Below are positions 26,291 to 34,417 of a DNA stretch of 34,417 nt, piece after piece. The position numbers were made by a program, and so were the translations under genes. Below the pieces are notes generated by a model. That model saw nothing but the letters and a program-made list of their open reading frames with translations, searched no databases and was not told where the DNA came from. The DNA comes from Promethearchaeota archaeon. GTDB lineage: Archaea > Asgardarchaeota > Hermodarchaeia > Hermodarchaeales > Hermodarchaeaceae. Each line of letters begins with the position of its first letter. Within the stretch, counting starts at the first letter, position 1. The stretch lies in contig JBHLPR010000011.1 of the NCBI GenBank assembly GCA_048939245.1, forward strand, positions 1 through 34,417, in the 5' to 3' direction.

Positions 26291-27319
26291 TTAGAGTAGG
26301 TTTTCGTCGCTCATAACTAAGGATAATAGACCTTTCTGTAAATGTAGGCGATTTTCCGCTTGGTCGAAGATAACACTTTGTGGGCTATCTACAACTTCGT
26401 CGGTTGCCTCTTCGCCACGAAAGACTGGAAGACAATGCATATAGATAGCATCTTTACTGGTAAAATCCATTAAATCTGAATTACAAATCCAGTCACGATA
26501 TTTTTCGTGGAGCTTAGCTTCGCGGTCTTCACCCCATTTATCGATGCCAACAGCGGAACATTCAGCGCTCATCCATGATCGAGGATAAACAACATGGGCG
26601 CCATTATATGCTTCTTGGACGTTATTGGTAATTGAAAAATCACCGCCAGATTCGTTGGCATTTTGATGACACCATTCCATAACTTCAGGATCTAGTTCAA
26701 ATCCAGGTGGATGAGCAAGAGTAACATCCATCCCAAACCGAGTAGCAGTTAATATTGCGCTTTGTACACTACACCAAGAGCGGGAATGTCGACTATAGGC
26801 CCATGAGAAAAGGAATTTCTTTCCTTGAATCTTGGGGAAATTTTCTTGAACTGTCATGAGATCTGTTAGAGACTGACAAGGATGAAATTTGTCGTCAGCC
26901 ATGTTGATGATGGGAATATCAGCCCATTTTGCATAGTCCCGGAGCACCTGGTTCCCTCGCCCATAGACATATCCAACAGCCTTTTCGAGAATGCGAATGC
27001 CAATACCGTGACCGTATCGGGCAAGCGTCTTAGCGGTGTCTTTAACACTTTCACCTTCTCCAAGGCGCATCGCCCCAGGTTCCAGGAATTGTGCATGCCC
27101 GCCTAGTTCGGTGAGTGCGGCTTCAAAGCTAGCACGAGTTCGAGTGCTAGTATTATAAAAAAGCATGAAAAAGGTCTTATCAGATAAGAGGTGGGGAGAT
27201 TTTCCCGCTTTGCTTTTTTTCTTTAAATCTTTTGAAAATTTGAGAACCGCATCAAGTTCTTCTCGAGACCACTCTTGGGTGGTTATCATGTCTCTGCCAC
27301 GGAGATCCATCTTACTCAA
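26291..27319 (-). CDS. YgeW/OTCase-like carbamoyltransferase, paralog 2
   Basis: STRTRASF, HPCQ, SWAYSRHSRSWCSVQS, HCLPVFRG, QAENRLH. It lacks the GDxxNN and DxxxSMG motifs of true OTCases. Confidence 0.85.
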   Translation of the reverse strand: MSKMDLRGRDMITTQEWSREELDAVLKFSKDLKKKSKAGKSPHLLSDKTFFMLFYNTSTRTRASFEAALTELGGHAQFLEPGAMRLGEGESVKDTAKTLARYGHGIGIRILEKAVGYVYGRGNQVLRDYAKWADIPIINMADDKFHPCQSLTDLMTVQENFPKIQGKKFLFSWAYSRHSRSWCSVQSAILTATRFGMDVTLAHPPGFELDPEVMEWCHQNANESGGDFSITNNVQEAYNGAHVVYPRSWMSAECSAVGIDKWGEDREAKLHEKYRDWICNSDLMDFTSKDAIYMHCLPVFRGEEATDEVVDSPQSVIFDQAENRLHLQKGLLSLVMSDENLL

Positions 27320-27402
27320 CTACTGAAGCAAATTGTGTGGATGCGATAGAGCCAAAACCTTTTGAAGCTTTCGAGAAGACGCTATCGAGAAGGGATTTAA
27401 TA

Positions 27403-28173
27403 GTGGAGCTTTTTGATACCCATTCACATCTTGAGATGCCTCGTCTCTATTCAAAAGCTGACGCTATCATTCGGCGTGCACAAGAAGTTGGAGTCATTGG
27501 AGTGGTAGTGAGTCCGATAGAGCCAAAGTTTTTTCCCAAAGCGCTTGAGTTGAAAAAACGATTTCCTGGATTCATTTGGCCTACTTTTGGGTTACACCCT
27601 CCACGAGCGACACCGAATATGGTAAAACGGACAATCAATGCTATCCATGATTATGCAGAAGATATTGTTGCAATTGGAGAAGTAGGATTAGATTACTATT
27701 GGGTAAAAAATCCAGAGAAACGGGCATATCAACAAACAGTCTTTAGACAATTCATTCACCTTGCGGATGAATTGAATTTACCGATAGTAATTCATTCACG
27801 TGATGCAGAAGCAGATGCCCTGCAGATTTTAAGGGAGGAGAAAATGTTTGATGTTCAGTTGCATTGTTTTAATAGCCTGGACCATGTTTTGCAAGCTGCT
27901 AATCAACGGATGTTGATGAGTGTTCCCACAAGTGTGGTGTCACGCCAAAGAATGCAACGTATTGCGACAGCTATGCCAGTTGAGAATATGCTTTTAGAAA
28001 CTGATGCACCATATTTATCTCCTGTCCAGGGACAAACCAACGAGCCTGCAAATCTTCCGCAATCAGTAGCAAAGATAGCTGAGCTCAAAGACACTACTCC
28101 AGAAATTATTGCGGCGGTAACTACGACTAACGCCTTGAACTTCTTACATTTACAACAAGCCTATAATAGATAG
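27403..28173 (+). CDS. tatD: TatD family metallo-hydrolase/DNase
   Basis: DTHSHL, GLHP, IGEVGLDY, IHSR, LHCF, LLETDAPY. GTG 27403 is the likely start, because the ORF-track extension runs through the promoter. Confidence 0.9.
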   Translation: MELFDTHSHLEMPRLYSKADAIIRRAQEVGVIGVVVSPIEPKFFPKALELKKRFPGFIWPTFGLHPPRATPNMVKRTINAIHDYAEDIVAIGEVGLDYYWVKNPEKRAYQQTVFRQFIHLADELNLPIVIHSRDAEADALQILREEKMFDVQLHCFNSLDHVLQAANQRMLMSVPTSVVSRQRMQRIATAMPVENMLLETDAPYLSPVQGQTNEPANLPQSVAKIAELKDTTPEIIAAVTTTNALNFLHLQQAYNR

Positions 28174-28198
28174 GTTCAAAGAAAAACACTCAGTAACC

Positions 28199-30025
28199 TT
28201 ATCGCACGGTCAGCGTCTTACTGATGTTACGAGGATAATCTGGATCAATATCTTTGTAAGTCGCTAGATGGTAGGCTAAGAGTTGGAGGGGGATTACTTG
28301 GAGTATTGGACTCAAGTATTGGCTTGATTTAGGCACAGTAAGAAAATCCTCCTCGTTAACATACCGGCGAATCAATGGGTGGGGTTCACCCGTAGCCAAG
28401 ATTCGAGCGCCGCGACATTCCACTTCTGCTAAGTGGTTTACAATGTGTTCCGCATCATTTGGTGCAATGGTAAAAACAACAGGGTAACCTTCATCGACGA
28501 TGCTTAGAGGTCCATGCTTGAATTCGCTGGAATACATGCCATCTGCAACAATATAACAAACCTCTTTGATTTTTAGTGCACCTTCAAGAGCCACACCATG
28601 GGTTAACCCGTGACCTAGAACATAGAAATGTTGGAATTTGGACAAGTAGGGTGCGAGTGCTCGTGCTTTCAATGTCGTTGTCGAGATTGTTTCGTCGATA
28701 AGAGTGGGAAGCTGAGTTTTGAGTTCGTTGATCATGTAAGCTGCTTCTTTTGCTTTTAAGACACCCATTTGTTCACCAGCTTTAGTTGCCAGAAAGTTAA
28801 GGAGGGTAACTTGGCTGGTGTAGGTTTTTGTGGCGGGGACGCTGATTTCAAAACCGGAGCCTATAGGTAGATACAAATCACTGAGGTGAGTTAGGGTTGA
28901 GCCTAATACATTTACAATGCTAAGGATTTTCGCATCGTTTGCTTGTGCAAGATGAACGACGTCGATGACATCTTTGGTTTCACCGCTTTGGCTGACGCAT
29001 ACAACGACATCATTTTTCCCAAAAGAGTCGCCATAAAGTGAGTTGAACTGGCCCCCGATTACCGGTATGGTAGCAATATTAGCTAAATCGTTTAGGTAAT
29101 AGCTTCCGACAATTGTAGCATGGTAGCTGGATCCACAGGCAACGAAAAAGACTCTTTTGGCTTCGACGAGTAATTCAACGAATTGGCTAATATATGGTTC
29201 CCGAATGGCGCTGAAGAGTGTTCGTGTGGCACTGACCTGTTCATGGATTTCTTTGAGCATGAAATGGGGATAGCCACCCTTTTGGGCTACACGGATGTCT
29301 GCATCGGAAGTGTATGGCTTTCTTTCAACCGTGGTTCCGTCGGAAATTCGGAGGATTTCGAGACTTGTAGGAGTAAGAATAAGTAGCTCCCCATCATGGA
29401 TATTGACAATTTTTCTGGTGACAGGTAAAATACTGGGAAGGTCACTACTTACACAGGTTTCACCATCTCCGATGCCTGCAAAGAGGCTCGACCCCATTTT
29501 AACTGCATAGATTTTATCATCGTCTTTATGCATCACTGCAAAGGCATAGTCTCCTTTTAGATCACTACAACCTTTTCGAATAGCGTCCACCAAGTCTCCG
29601 GATTGATCGAAGTATCTTTCAACGGCATGAACGCAGATCTCGCCATCGTTCATACTACGAATAACATGTCCTTCCTCGGTGTATTGCTCACGTAGAGGAA
29701 GGAAATTCAAGATATTGCCGTTATGTGCAGCACACAGGTCTTCGTCACAATCAAGGTGTGGTTGAGCGTTAAGCTTACTTGGTGCCCCAAAAGTGGCCCA
29801 TCGAAGCTGGGCAATTCCTTTTGAGCCACGCATTTCATAAAGACGAAGTTTTTCGGCAACTTCATCAAACTTGCCTTCATCTTTTCGTAGGTGAATGCGA
29901 TTCTTGTATACTGTTGCGACACCTACAGTATCATATCCTCGGTAGGTAAGCTTCTCAGCACACTCGACTAGAATTGCACCGATATCGTTTCGCTTATTAC
30001 TGGTAATTGCGAATATGCCGCACAC
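28199..30025 (-). CDS. glmS: Glutamine--fructose-6-phosphate aminotransferase (isomerizing)-like
   Basis: GTG start MCGIF, YRGYD, RWAT, HNG, MLKEIHEQ, SQSGET, EGALKIKE, EFKHGP, PRNISKTLTV. AAGGAG SD. Confidence 0.88.
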   Translation of the reverse strand: MCGIFAITSNKRNDIGAILVECAEKLTYRGYDTVGVATVYKNRIHLRKDEGKFDEVAEKLRLYEMRGSKGIAQLRWATFGAPSKLNAQPHLDCDEDLCAAHNGNILNFLPLREQYTEEGHVIRSMNDGEICVHAVERYFDQSGDLVDAIRKGCSDLKGDYAFAVMHKDDDKIYAVKMGSSLFAGIGDGETCVSSDLPSILPVTRKIVNIHDGELLILTPTSLEILRISDGTTVERKPYTSDADIRVAQKGGYPHFMLKEIHEQVSATRTLFSAIREPYISQFVELLVEAKRVFFVACGSSYHATIVGSYYLNDLANIATIPVIGGQFNSLYGDSFGKNDVVVCVSQSGETKDVIDVVHLAQANDAKILSIVNVLGSTLTHLSDLYLPIGSGFEISVPATKTYTSQVTLLNFLATKAGEQMGVLKAKEAAYMINELKTQLPTLIDETISTTTLKARALAPYLSKFQHFYVLGHGLTHGVALEGALKIKEVCYIVADGMYSSEFKHGPLSIVDEGYPVVFTIAPNDAEHIVNHLAEVECRGARILATGEPHPLIRRYVNEEDFLTVPKSSQYLSPILQVIPLQLLAYHLATYKDIDPDYPRNISKTLTVR

Positions 30026-30096
30026 GCAGGTTCGCTCCTTATAGTAGGCTTCACATGGAAAAATCGTTTAACTGTGTTTCGTTGTTGTATCTTTTG

Positions 30097-31359
30097 TTAT
30101 TTTTTGAGTCCAAGGGCATTGCGAAGTTGTTTAAGGTCTGGATCAATTACAGGTGGTTTTGAGACTCGTTGAATTACGATATCTTGGTCCTTTAGCCCGC
30201 CCCCAGTTGCCTCAATGATAATTGTTTCTGAAGGGTCTTGAGCTCCAGATTCAAGGTGATTAATTAACCCTGCAAGGCCTGTTACTCCTGAAGGTTCGGC
30301 AAAAATACCTTCATATTTTGCCAATAGTTGCTGGGCATGCAGGATAGCCTCATCGTCTACTGCAAGTGCTGAACCTTTTGAATCCCGTACTGCAGCTAGT
30401 GCAAGATCACCGTCCCAGGGAAGTGGATCACATAATCCTTCCGCAACACTATGAGGTGAAGTATAAGGGATGATTTTGAATGGATCCTGGTTTGTTTGAT
30501 AAGCTTGTACTAGCGGAGGACACCCTGTAGCTTGAACTGCGACCATCTGTGGGTGTTTCTTTACTAGTCCAAGGCTTTCGAAGTCTGTGAACCCACGCCA
30601 TTGCCCACCCAGAAGTCCACCACCCCCCACCTGAACGTAGACGACGTCAGGTACTTGCCATTCTAGTTGTTCGATAATCTCATAGGCCAGGGTCTTGGGA
30701 CCTTCAGCTTGGTAAGGATTGAAAGGTCCAAAGCTTGGACAGGGAGTCCAGCCATACTCTGCACAAGCGTCTCGTAGAAGTTTAACCGTTGGATCGTCGC
30801 CTTTGTGTAATCCCCGAAGACGAACGACTTTTGCGCCATACAAGAGTAATTGGGCAATTTTCCCCATTGGGGCTATATCAGGTACAAAACAATAACATGA
30901 AAATCCAGCACGCGCACAGTAGGCGGCAAGAGCTGCGGCGGCATTCCCACTACTGGCGGAAGCTAAGGTAGTGGATCCTTGTTCGTTAGCTTTGGATACG
31001 CCCACTGTCATTGGTCGATCTTTAAACGACCATGTCGGATTTCGAGTTTCATCTTTGATGTATAGTTCACGAACCCCTAAGTACTCAGCAAGGCGCCTAC
31101 TTCGAAGGAGAGGGGTTCCGCCTTCACCAAGCGTTATTATGCTTTTTCGATCTAATATTGGAAGTAGTTCAAAATAACGCCAAACGCCAACAGGGCGCTT
31201 CTTAAGGGTCTTTTTAGAAATTACTTCTTTTAGCTTTGAAAAATCATAATATATATCGATACGGTTCTCACATTTTGGAGTTTTACAAAATTGTGGATTT
31301 TGAGAGAGGGTATATTTTGCTCCGCATTTAGGGCATCGTAGATGCGTGACATATGACAA
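30097..31359 (-). CDS. thrC: Threonine synthase-like PLP fold-type II enzyme
   Basis: N-terminal Zn ribbon, WRY..LLP, LGEGGTPL, KDETRNPTWSFKDR, ASSGN, EG.KT, EPSG, TGGGLK. Confidence 0.8.
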   Translation of the reverse strand: MSYVTHLRCPKCGAKYTLSQNPQFCKTPKCENRIDIYYDFSKLKEVISKKTLKKRPVGVWRYFELLPILDRKSIITLGEGGTPLLRSRRLAEYLGVRELYIKDETRNPTWSFKDRPMTVGVSKANEQGSTTLASASSGNAAAALAAYCARAGFSCYCFVPDIAPMGKIAQLLLYGAKVVRLRGLHKGDDPTVKLLRDACAEYGWTPCPSFGPFNPYQAEGPKTLAYEIIEQLEWQVPDVVYVQVGGGGLLGGQWRGFTDFESLGLVKKHPQMVAVQATGCPPLVQAYQTNQDPFKIIPYTSPHSVAEGLCDPLPWDGDLALAAVRDSKGSALAVDDEAILHAQQLLAKYEGIFAEPSGVTGLAGLINHLESGAQDPSETIIIEATGGGLKDQDIVIQRVSKPPVIDPDLKQLRNALGLKK

Positions 31360-31361
31360 GG

Positions 31362-32042
31362 TTAGGAATCCTCCTGGTGGATTTCGCGTCGCAAGGCGAT
31401 GAGTCCATCCCGGATTATCGCATACCGTTCAGATAGATCCTGCATATACTCATAAAGGGTAGCATATTCTGATCGACTTCTTAGGGTAGTTTTTGTTTCT
31501 AGTTCATCGAGAGGCCCCAAGGATTTGCGAGTAACAGCACGGCGCAAGGCTATTGCTACTCGGTAGCCATCTTCTCGACTGAACCGTGTTTGTTGTTTTT
31601 TGGAAAGAGATTTGCGGAAGATATCGATATGCTTACTTAAGTTAGCAGCATCAGCGATAAGGGTTAAGCAGGCAGCGAATACGAAGAGACTACCGAGCAT
31701 CTCTTTTTCCCACCAGGTCAAAAGGGATTTTCGAATCAATAGGTCTAAGGCGCCTTGAAGGCACGATTGGCTGGGTTTCAAAGCATCTTGTAAATAGAAG
31801 AGGTCAGCGGCTTCGAGTAATAGACCGGCAGCTCGAGAAGGGTTGTGTTGCCGCCAATAATATTCCCCACTAACAAGGATAAGAACTAATGCAGAGTTGT
31901 ATTCTTTCTTTGCCCGAAATATCTTGGCTTCTTGAAGATATTGCCCTAATTTCGTTTTGGCTACATCAGGTCCAGGTGAAGTCATTAGTCCCGTAAATCG
32001 TAATTCAGCCTCAGTAGCTGATGACTGGCGTTGATTATCCAT
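31362..32042 (-). CDS. Alpha-helical repeat protein resembling alpha-SNAP/Sec17
   Basis: Helical hairpin spacing matches SNAP repeats by eye (see findings). It lies 2 bp upstream of the thrC-like gene. Confidence 0.55.
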   Translation of the reverse strand: [226 protein letters not shown]

Positions 32043-32237
32043 CTCTTGATAAAGGTCACGCCAGAGATTTTGCAGAAAAGCACCTCTTTACGATGTGTAT
32101 CATGTTGCACCCATTCTTAGTTTAAAAAGGTACAAAAACATTGGGTGACCATTCAAACTGCAATATTTTCAATGTTTCTGCATCGAATCTAGCAAAGTTT
32201 ATGTTGATTCAATCTTTGTTTCAGTTGGTGGCATTAA

Positions 32238-34417
32238 GTGGTTTCCAAGCGGTCCATAGTGGCAGCTATCTCCGTCGTTATCATCCTACTGCTAATTCTA
32301 AGCTTTCTTTTACCACTCATATTTGTACCACCAATCCCTCGTCAAAGACCCTACGATGACGTCGAAGATTGGGGAAGCGGAGTGACTGTTGAAGGGGGAG
32401 ACGACACCTTCTTGGACAATATTACACTTGATGATGTCACTTTAGATTTGAATTGGTCCCTTGACCCCTCTTTTATCGTCGCCATCATTTCTCCAGCCGA
32501 ACCGCCTCGTTATTGGCGAAATACAGCCTATGATCGATATACAGGAACCGACTGGGAAAAGAGTACGAATGCAACGGTTCCACTAGCGGGAGTGAATCCT
32601 GGGAGTGAAGTTGTCTACACAGTAACGCAAAATATTACGAATCAGGGTGTAACTGGGTCCTTTTCCCTCTTGTCTTTGTGGCCAGATCCATTGATTATTA
32701 ATCAATCCCTTCAATTTCCTCATCTCTCGGACCCTAATTCCTATAATTTTGAAGTCGACAATTTTGGAACCGCACTTTTCAATGGATTTTTTGATCAAAC
32801 AGGAACGGCAACCCTTCAATACGATGTCACCTATGTTCCCCGAAATTGGACGCTGATCCGTCCTCAATCACTCCAAGCTAGTGCAACCCCCGGAGCAATT
32901 CTTGCCCAATATCAGCAACAAGGACTTAGCTATATGAGCTCAGCCACCCGCTCAGATGTGCAAACCCGGCTATCTATGATCCTTGCTGGCGTACCGAACA
33001 CGGCTTTTGAGCAGGCTTTTGCAATTCAAAATTATTTCAAGGCAAATTTTGCCTTCGATCCGTTTGTCACACGACCTGGGCCAAACGATGAGCATGTTGA
33101 ATGGTTTCTCCAGCAAGGTGGAGGCATCGGCATTGATTTCGCGACGGCATATACGATGTTTCTCCGTGAAGCCGGAATCGCTGTACGACCTGTATTTGGA
33201 GCAATTCTTGGAGAAAACCAAGGAACTCAACGTGTACTCCATCCTATGCACTTACATTTCTGGGTCGAAGTGTATATTCCAACAGCTTCGCAAGGGTATT
33301 GGATTCAATTTGATCCAACACCATTACCTAATTTTATTACCGATGGCAGTCCGCCACCTGTACCCCCACTAAGTAGCATGTCCCCTGAACCGGCAGTGCC
33401 TGATGACGATCCCTATGTCGTGAGTACATACTTCAATCTCAACCTCAGTGTTGTCCCTCAAATTGTTAATCGATTTGCCCAATTCCAAATTACTGCTACC
33501 CTAACCCAGGATGGTATTCCTCAGCCAGGGGAGACCATTGATTTTTACGATGATACAGAACACTGGTTCCTCGGAAGTAATATTACCTCAGTAGTTGGTG
33601 AAGCAAGTATTACTTTTGCGTATAACAATTCGGCTATTGTTGGCGGTCATCTTCTACGTGCGGAGTTTAGTGCCATTAGCTCGTTTGCTGTCGTCGCACT
33701 TCATGGAACGGCAAACCTCTCTTTAACCGTGGTTCCATTAGAGGCAAATCGGAGCACCTTTGTTCAGCTTAGTGGATATTTGATTGACGCAATTAATGGA
33801 AGAGGCATTTCGGCCAATGAAACCGGGTTCACGGGTGTTAGTATACTATTCAACTTCATTTTAGCTACGGAGCCGCTTACAGATGCACTCGGTTACTTTT
33901 CCACGAATTATCCGATTCCGTTGTCTCAGGCGCCTTTAGGTCCCACACTGGTGCAAGCGGCTTTTTCGATTCCTGGTATTATTGACCCAACGGTAAGTAC
34001 TTTTGAGATTCTGAATGTAACCGCGACCTCACAACTCACCGTTCAAGCCATCCCGAATTCTATTCGACTTAATACGAACACAACGCTCCAAGGGCAATTA
34101 CGTTATGATAATGGAACAGGAATTGCAGGACAAGCGATTCAACTATTTTGGAACGGAACACCAGCGGGTGTTGTAATCACTGACAATGTTGGATACTATT
34201 CCTTAGAATATAATGCCACCAAAGTTGGACAGGTTCTGATTGAAGCACAATTTCTGGGCACCCAATACGTCTACGGTTCTCGGGCATCGAATCTCGCTCG
34301 GGTGCATGATCAAGGTTCAATTATCGTGTTTGTTGACGATGATGATGGTGATGACATCACACAGCGAGGAAATACTATCTATTTTTCTGGTTGGGTGGAG
34401 GACTCAAATGGCATTCG
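32238..34417 (+). CDS. Membrane-anchored transglutaminase-like (TgpA-type) protein with Ig-like repeats; truncated by the window end
   Basis: Manually translated. GGTGG SD and GTG start; MVSKRS plus a hydrophobic TM/signal segment; PRYWRNTAYDRYTGTDW; EWFLQQGGGIGIDFATAYTMFLREAGIAVRPVFG; HFWVEVY..WIQFDPTP; Pro-rich linker; beta-sandwich repeats. No stop codon to the end of the window. Confidence 0.9.
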   Translation, partial: MVSKRSIVAAISVVIILLLILSFLLPLIFVPPIPRQRPYDDVEDWGSGVTVEGGDDTFLDNITLDDVTLDLNWSLDPSFIVAIISPAEPPRYWRNTAYDRYTGTDWEKSTNATVPLAGVNPGSEVVYTVTQNITNQGVTGSFSLLSLWPDPLIINQSLQFPHLSDPNSYNFEVDNFGTALFNGFFDQTGTATLQYDVTYVPRNWTLIRPQSLQASATPGAILAQYQQQGLSYMSSATRSDVQTRLSMILAGVPNTAFEQAFAIQNYFKANFAFDPFVTRPGPNDEHVEWFLQQGGGIGIDFATAYTMFLREAGIAVRPVFGAILGENQGTQRVLHPMHLHFWVEVYIPTASQGYWIQFDPTPLPNFITDGSPPPVPPLSSMSPEPAVPDDDPYVVSTYFNLNLSVVPQIVNRFAQFQITATLTQDGIPQPGETIDFYDDTEHWFLGSNITSVVGEASITFAYNNSAIVGGHLLRAEFSAISSFAVVALHGTANLSLTVVPLEANRSTFVQLSGYLIDAINGRGISANETGFTGVSILFNFILATEPLTDALGYFSTNYPIPLSQAPLGPTLVQAAFSIPGIIDPTVSTFEILNVTATSQLTVQAIPNSIRLNTNTTLQGQLRYDNGTGIAGQAIQLFWNGTPAGVVITDNVGYYSLEYNATKVGQVLIEAQFLGTQYVYGSRASNLARVHDQGSIIVFVDDDDGDDITQRGNTIYFSGWVEDSNGI

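Noticed and set aside
25215-27319. argF/arcB or pyrB calls
   Set aside because: The OTCase and ATCase substrate motifs are missing, and the SWAYS loop points to the YgeW-like clade.
32141-33372. Short ORFs listed in the track (32141-32359, 32583-32867, 32970-33251, 32983-33372)
   Set aside because: All overlap the real long frame starting at 32238.
1-34417. CRISPR arrays, IS elements, integrases, prophage, rRNA or tRNA genes, inteins
   Set aside because: No spaced direct repeats, transposase or recombinase ORFs, or oversized genes were seen. The only rRNA-like string is the 9-nt sRNA guide.

Overview
A gene-dense archaeal chromosomal segment, very probably from an Asgard archaeon. The evidence is TFB, type II MetAP and GGGP synthase together with eukaryotic-signature proteins: a Rab-like GTPase coupled to a longin protein, a roadblock/LC7 protein, a CdvA-like coiled-coil protein and an alpha-SNAP-like protein. 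About 31 CDS are present. I found no rRNA, tRNA, CRISPR array or mobile element. The main new observations are: (1) an unannotated box C/D guide sRNA downstream of tmk, with an antisense element matching the 16S decoding-site C1402 region; (2) a ~13 kb catabolic cluster (two tungsten AOR paralogs with ferredoxin partners, a PreA-like flavoprotein lacking the catalytic Cys, an SsnA-like and a second amidohydrolase, two YgeW-type carbamoyltransferases, two MoaD) that resembles a rewired anaerobic purine-degradation pathway; (3) a compact alpha-SNAP-like protein; (4) a HAD phosphatase fused to a CTP-dependent lipid kinase; (5) a small GTPase with a natural Gln-to-Leu catalytic substitution fused to an HTH, behind a perfect 20-bp palindrome; (6) a large surface transglutaminase-like/Ig-repeat protein, missed by the ORF track, whose catalytic Cys is replaced by Gly. 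All assignments come from motifs recognised by eye; no searches were run.
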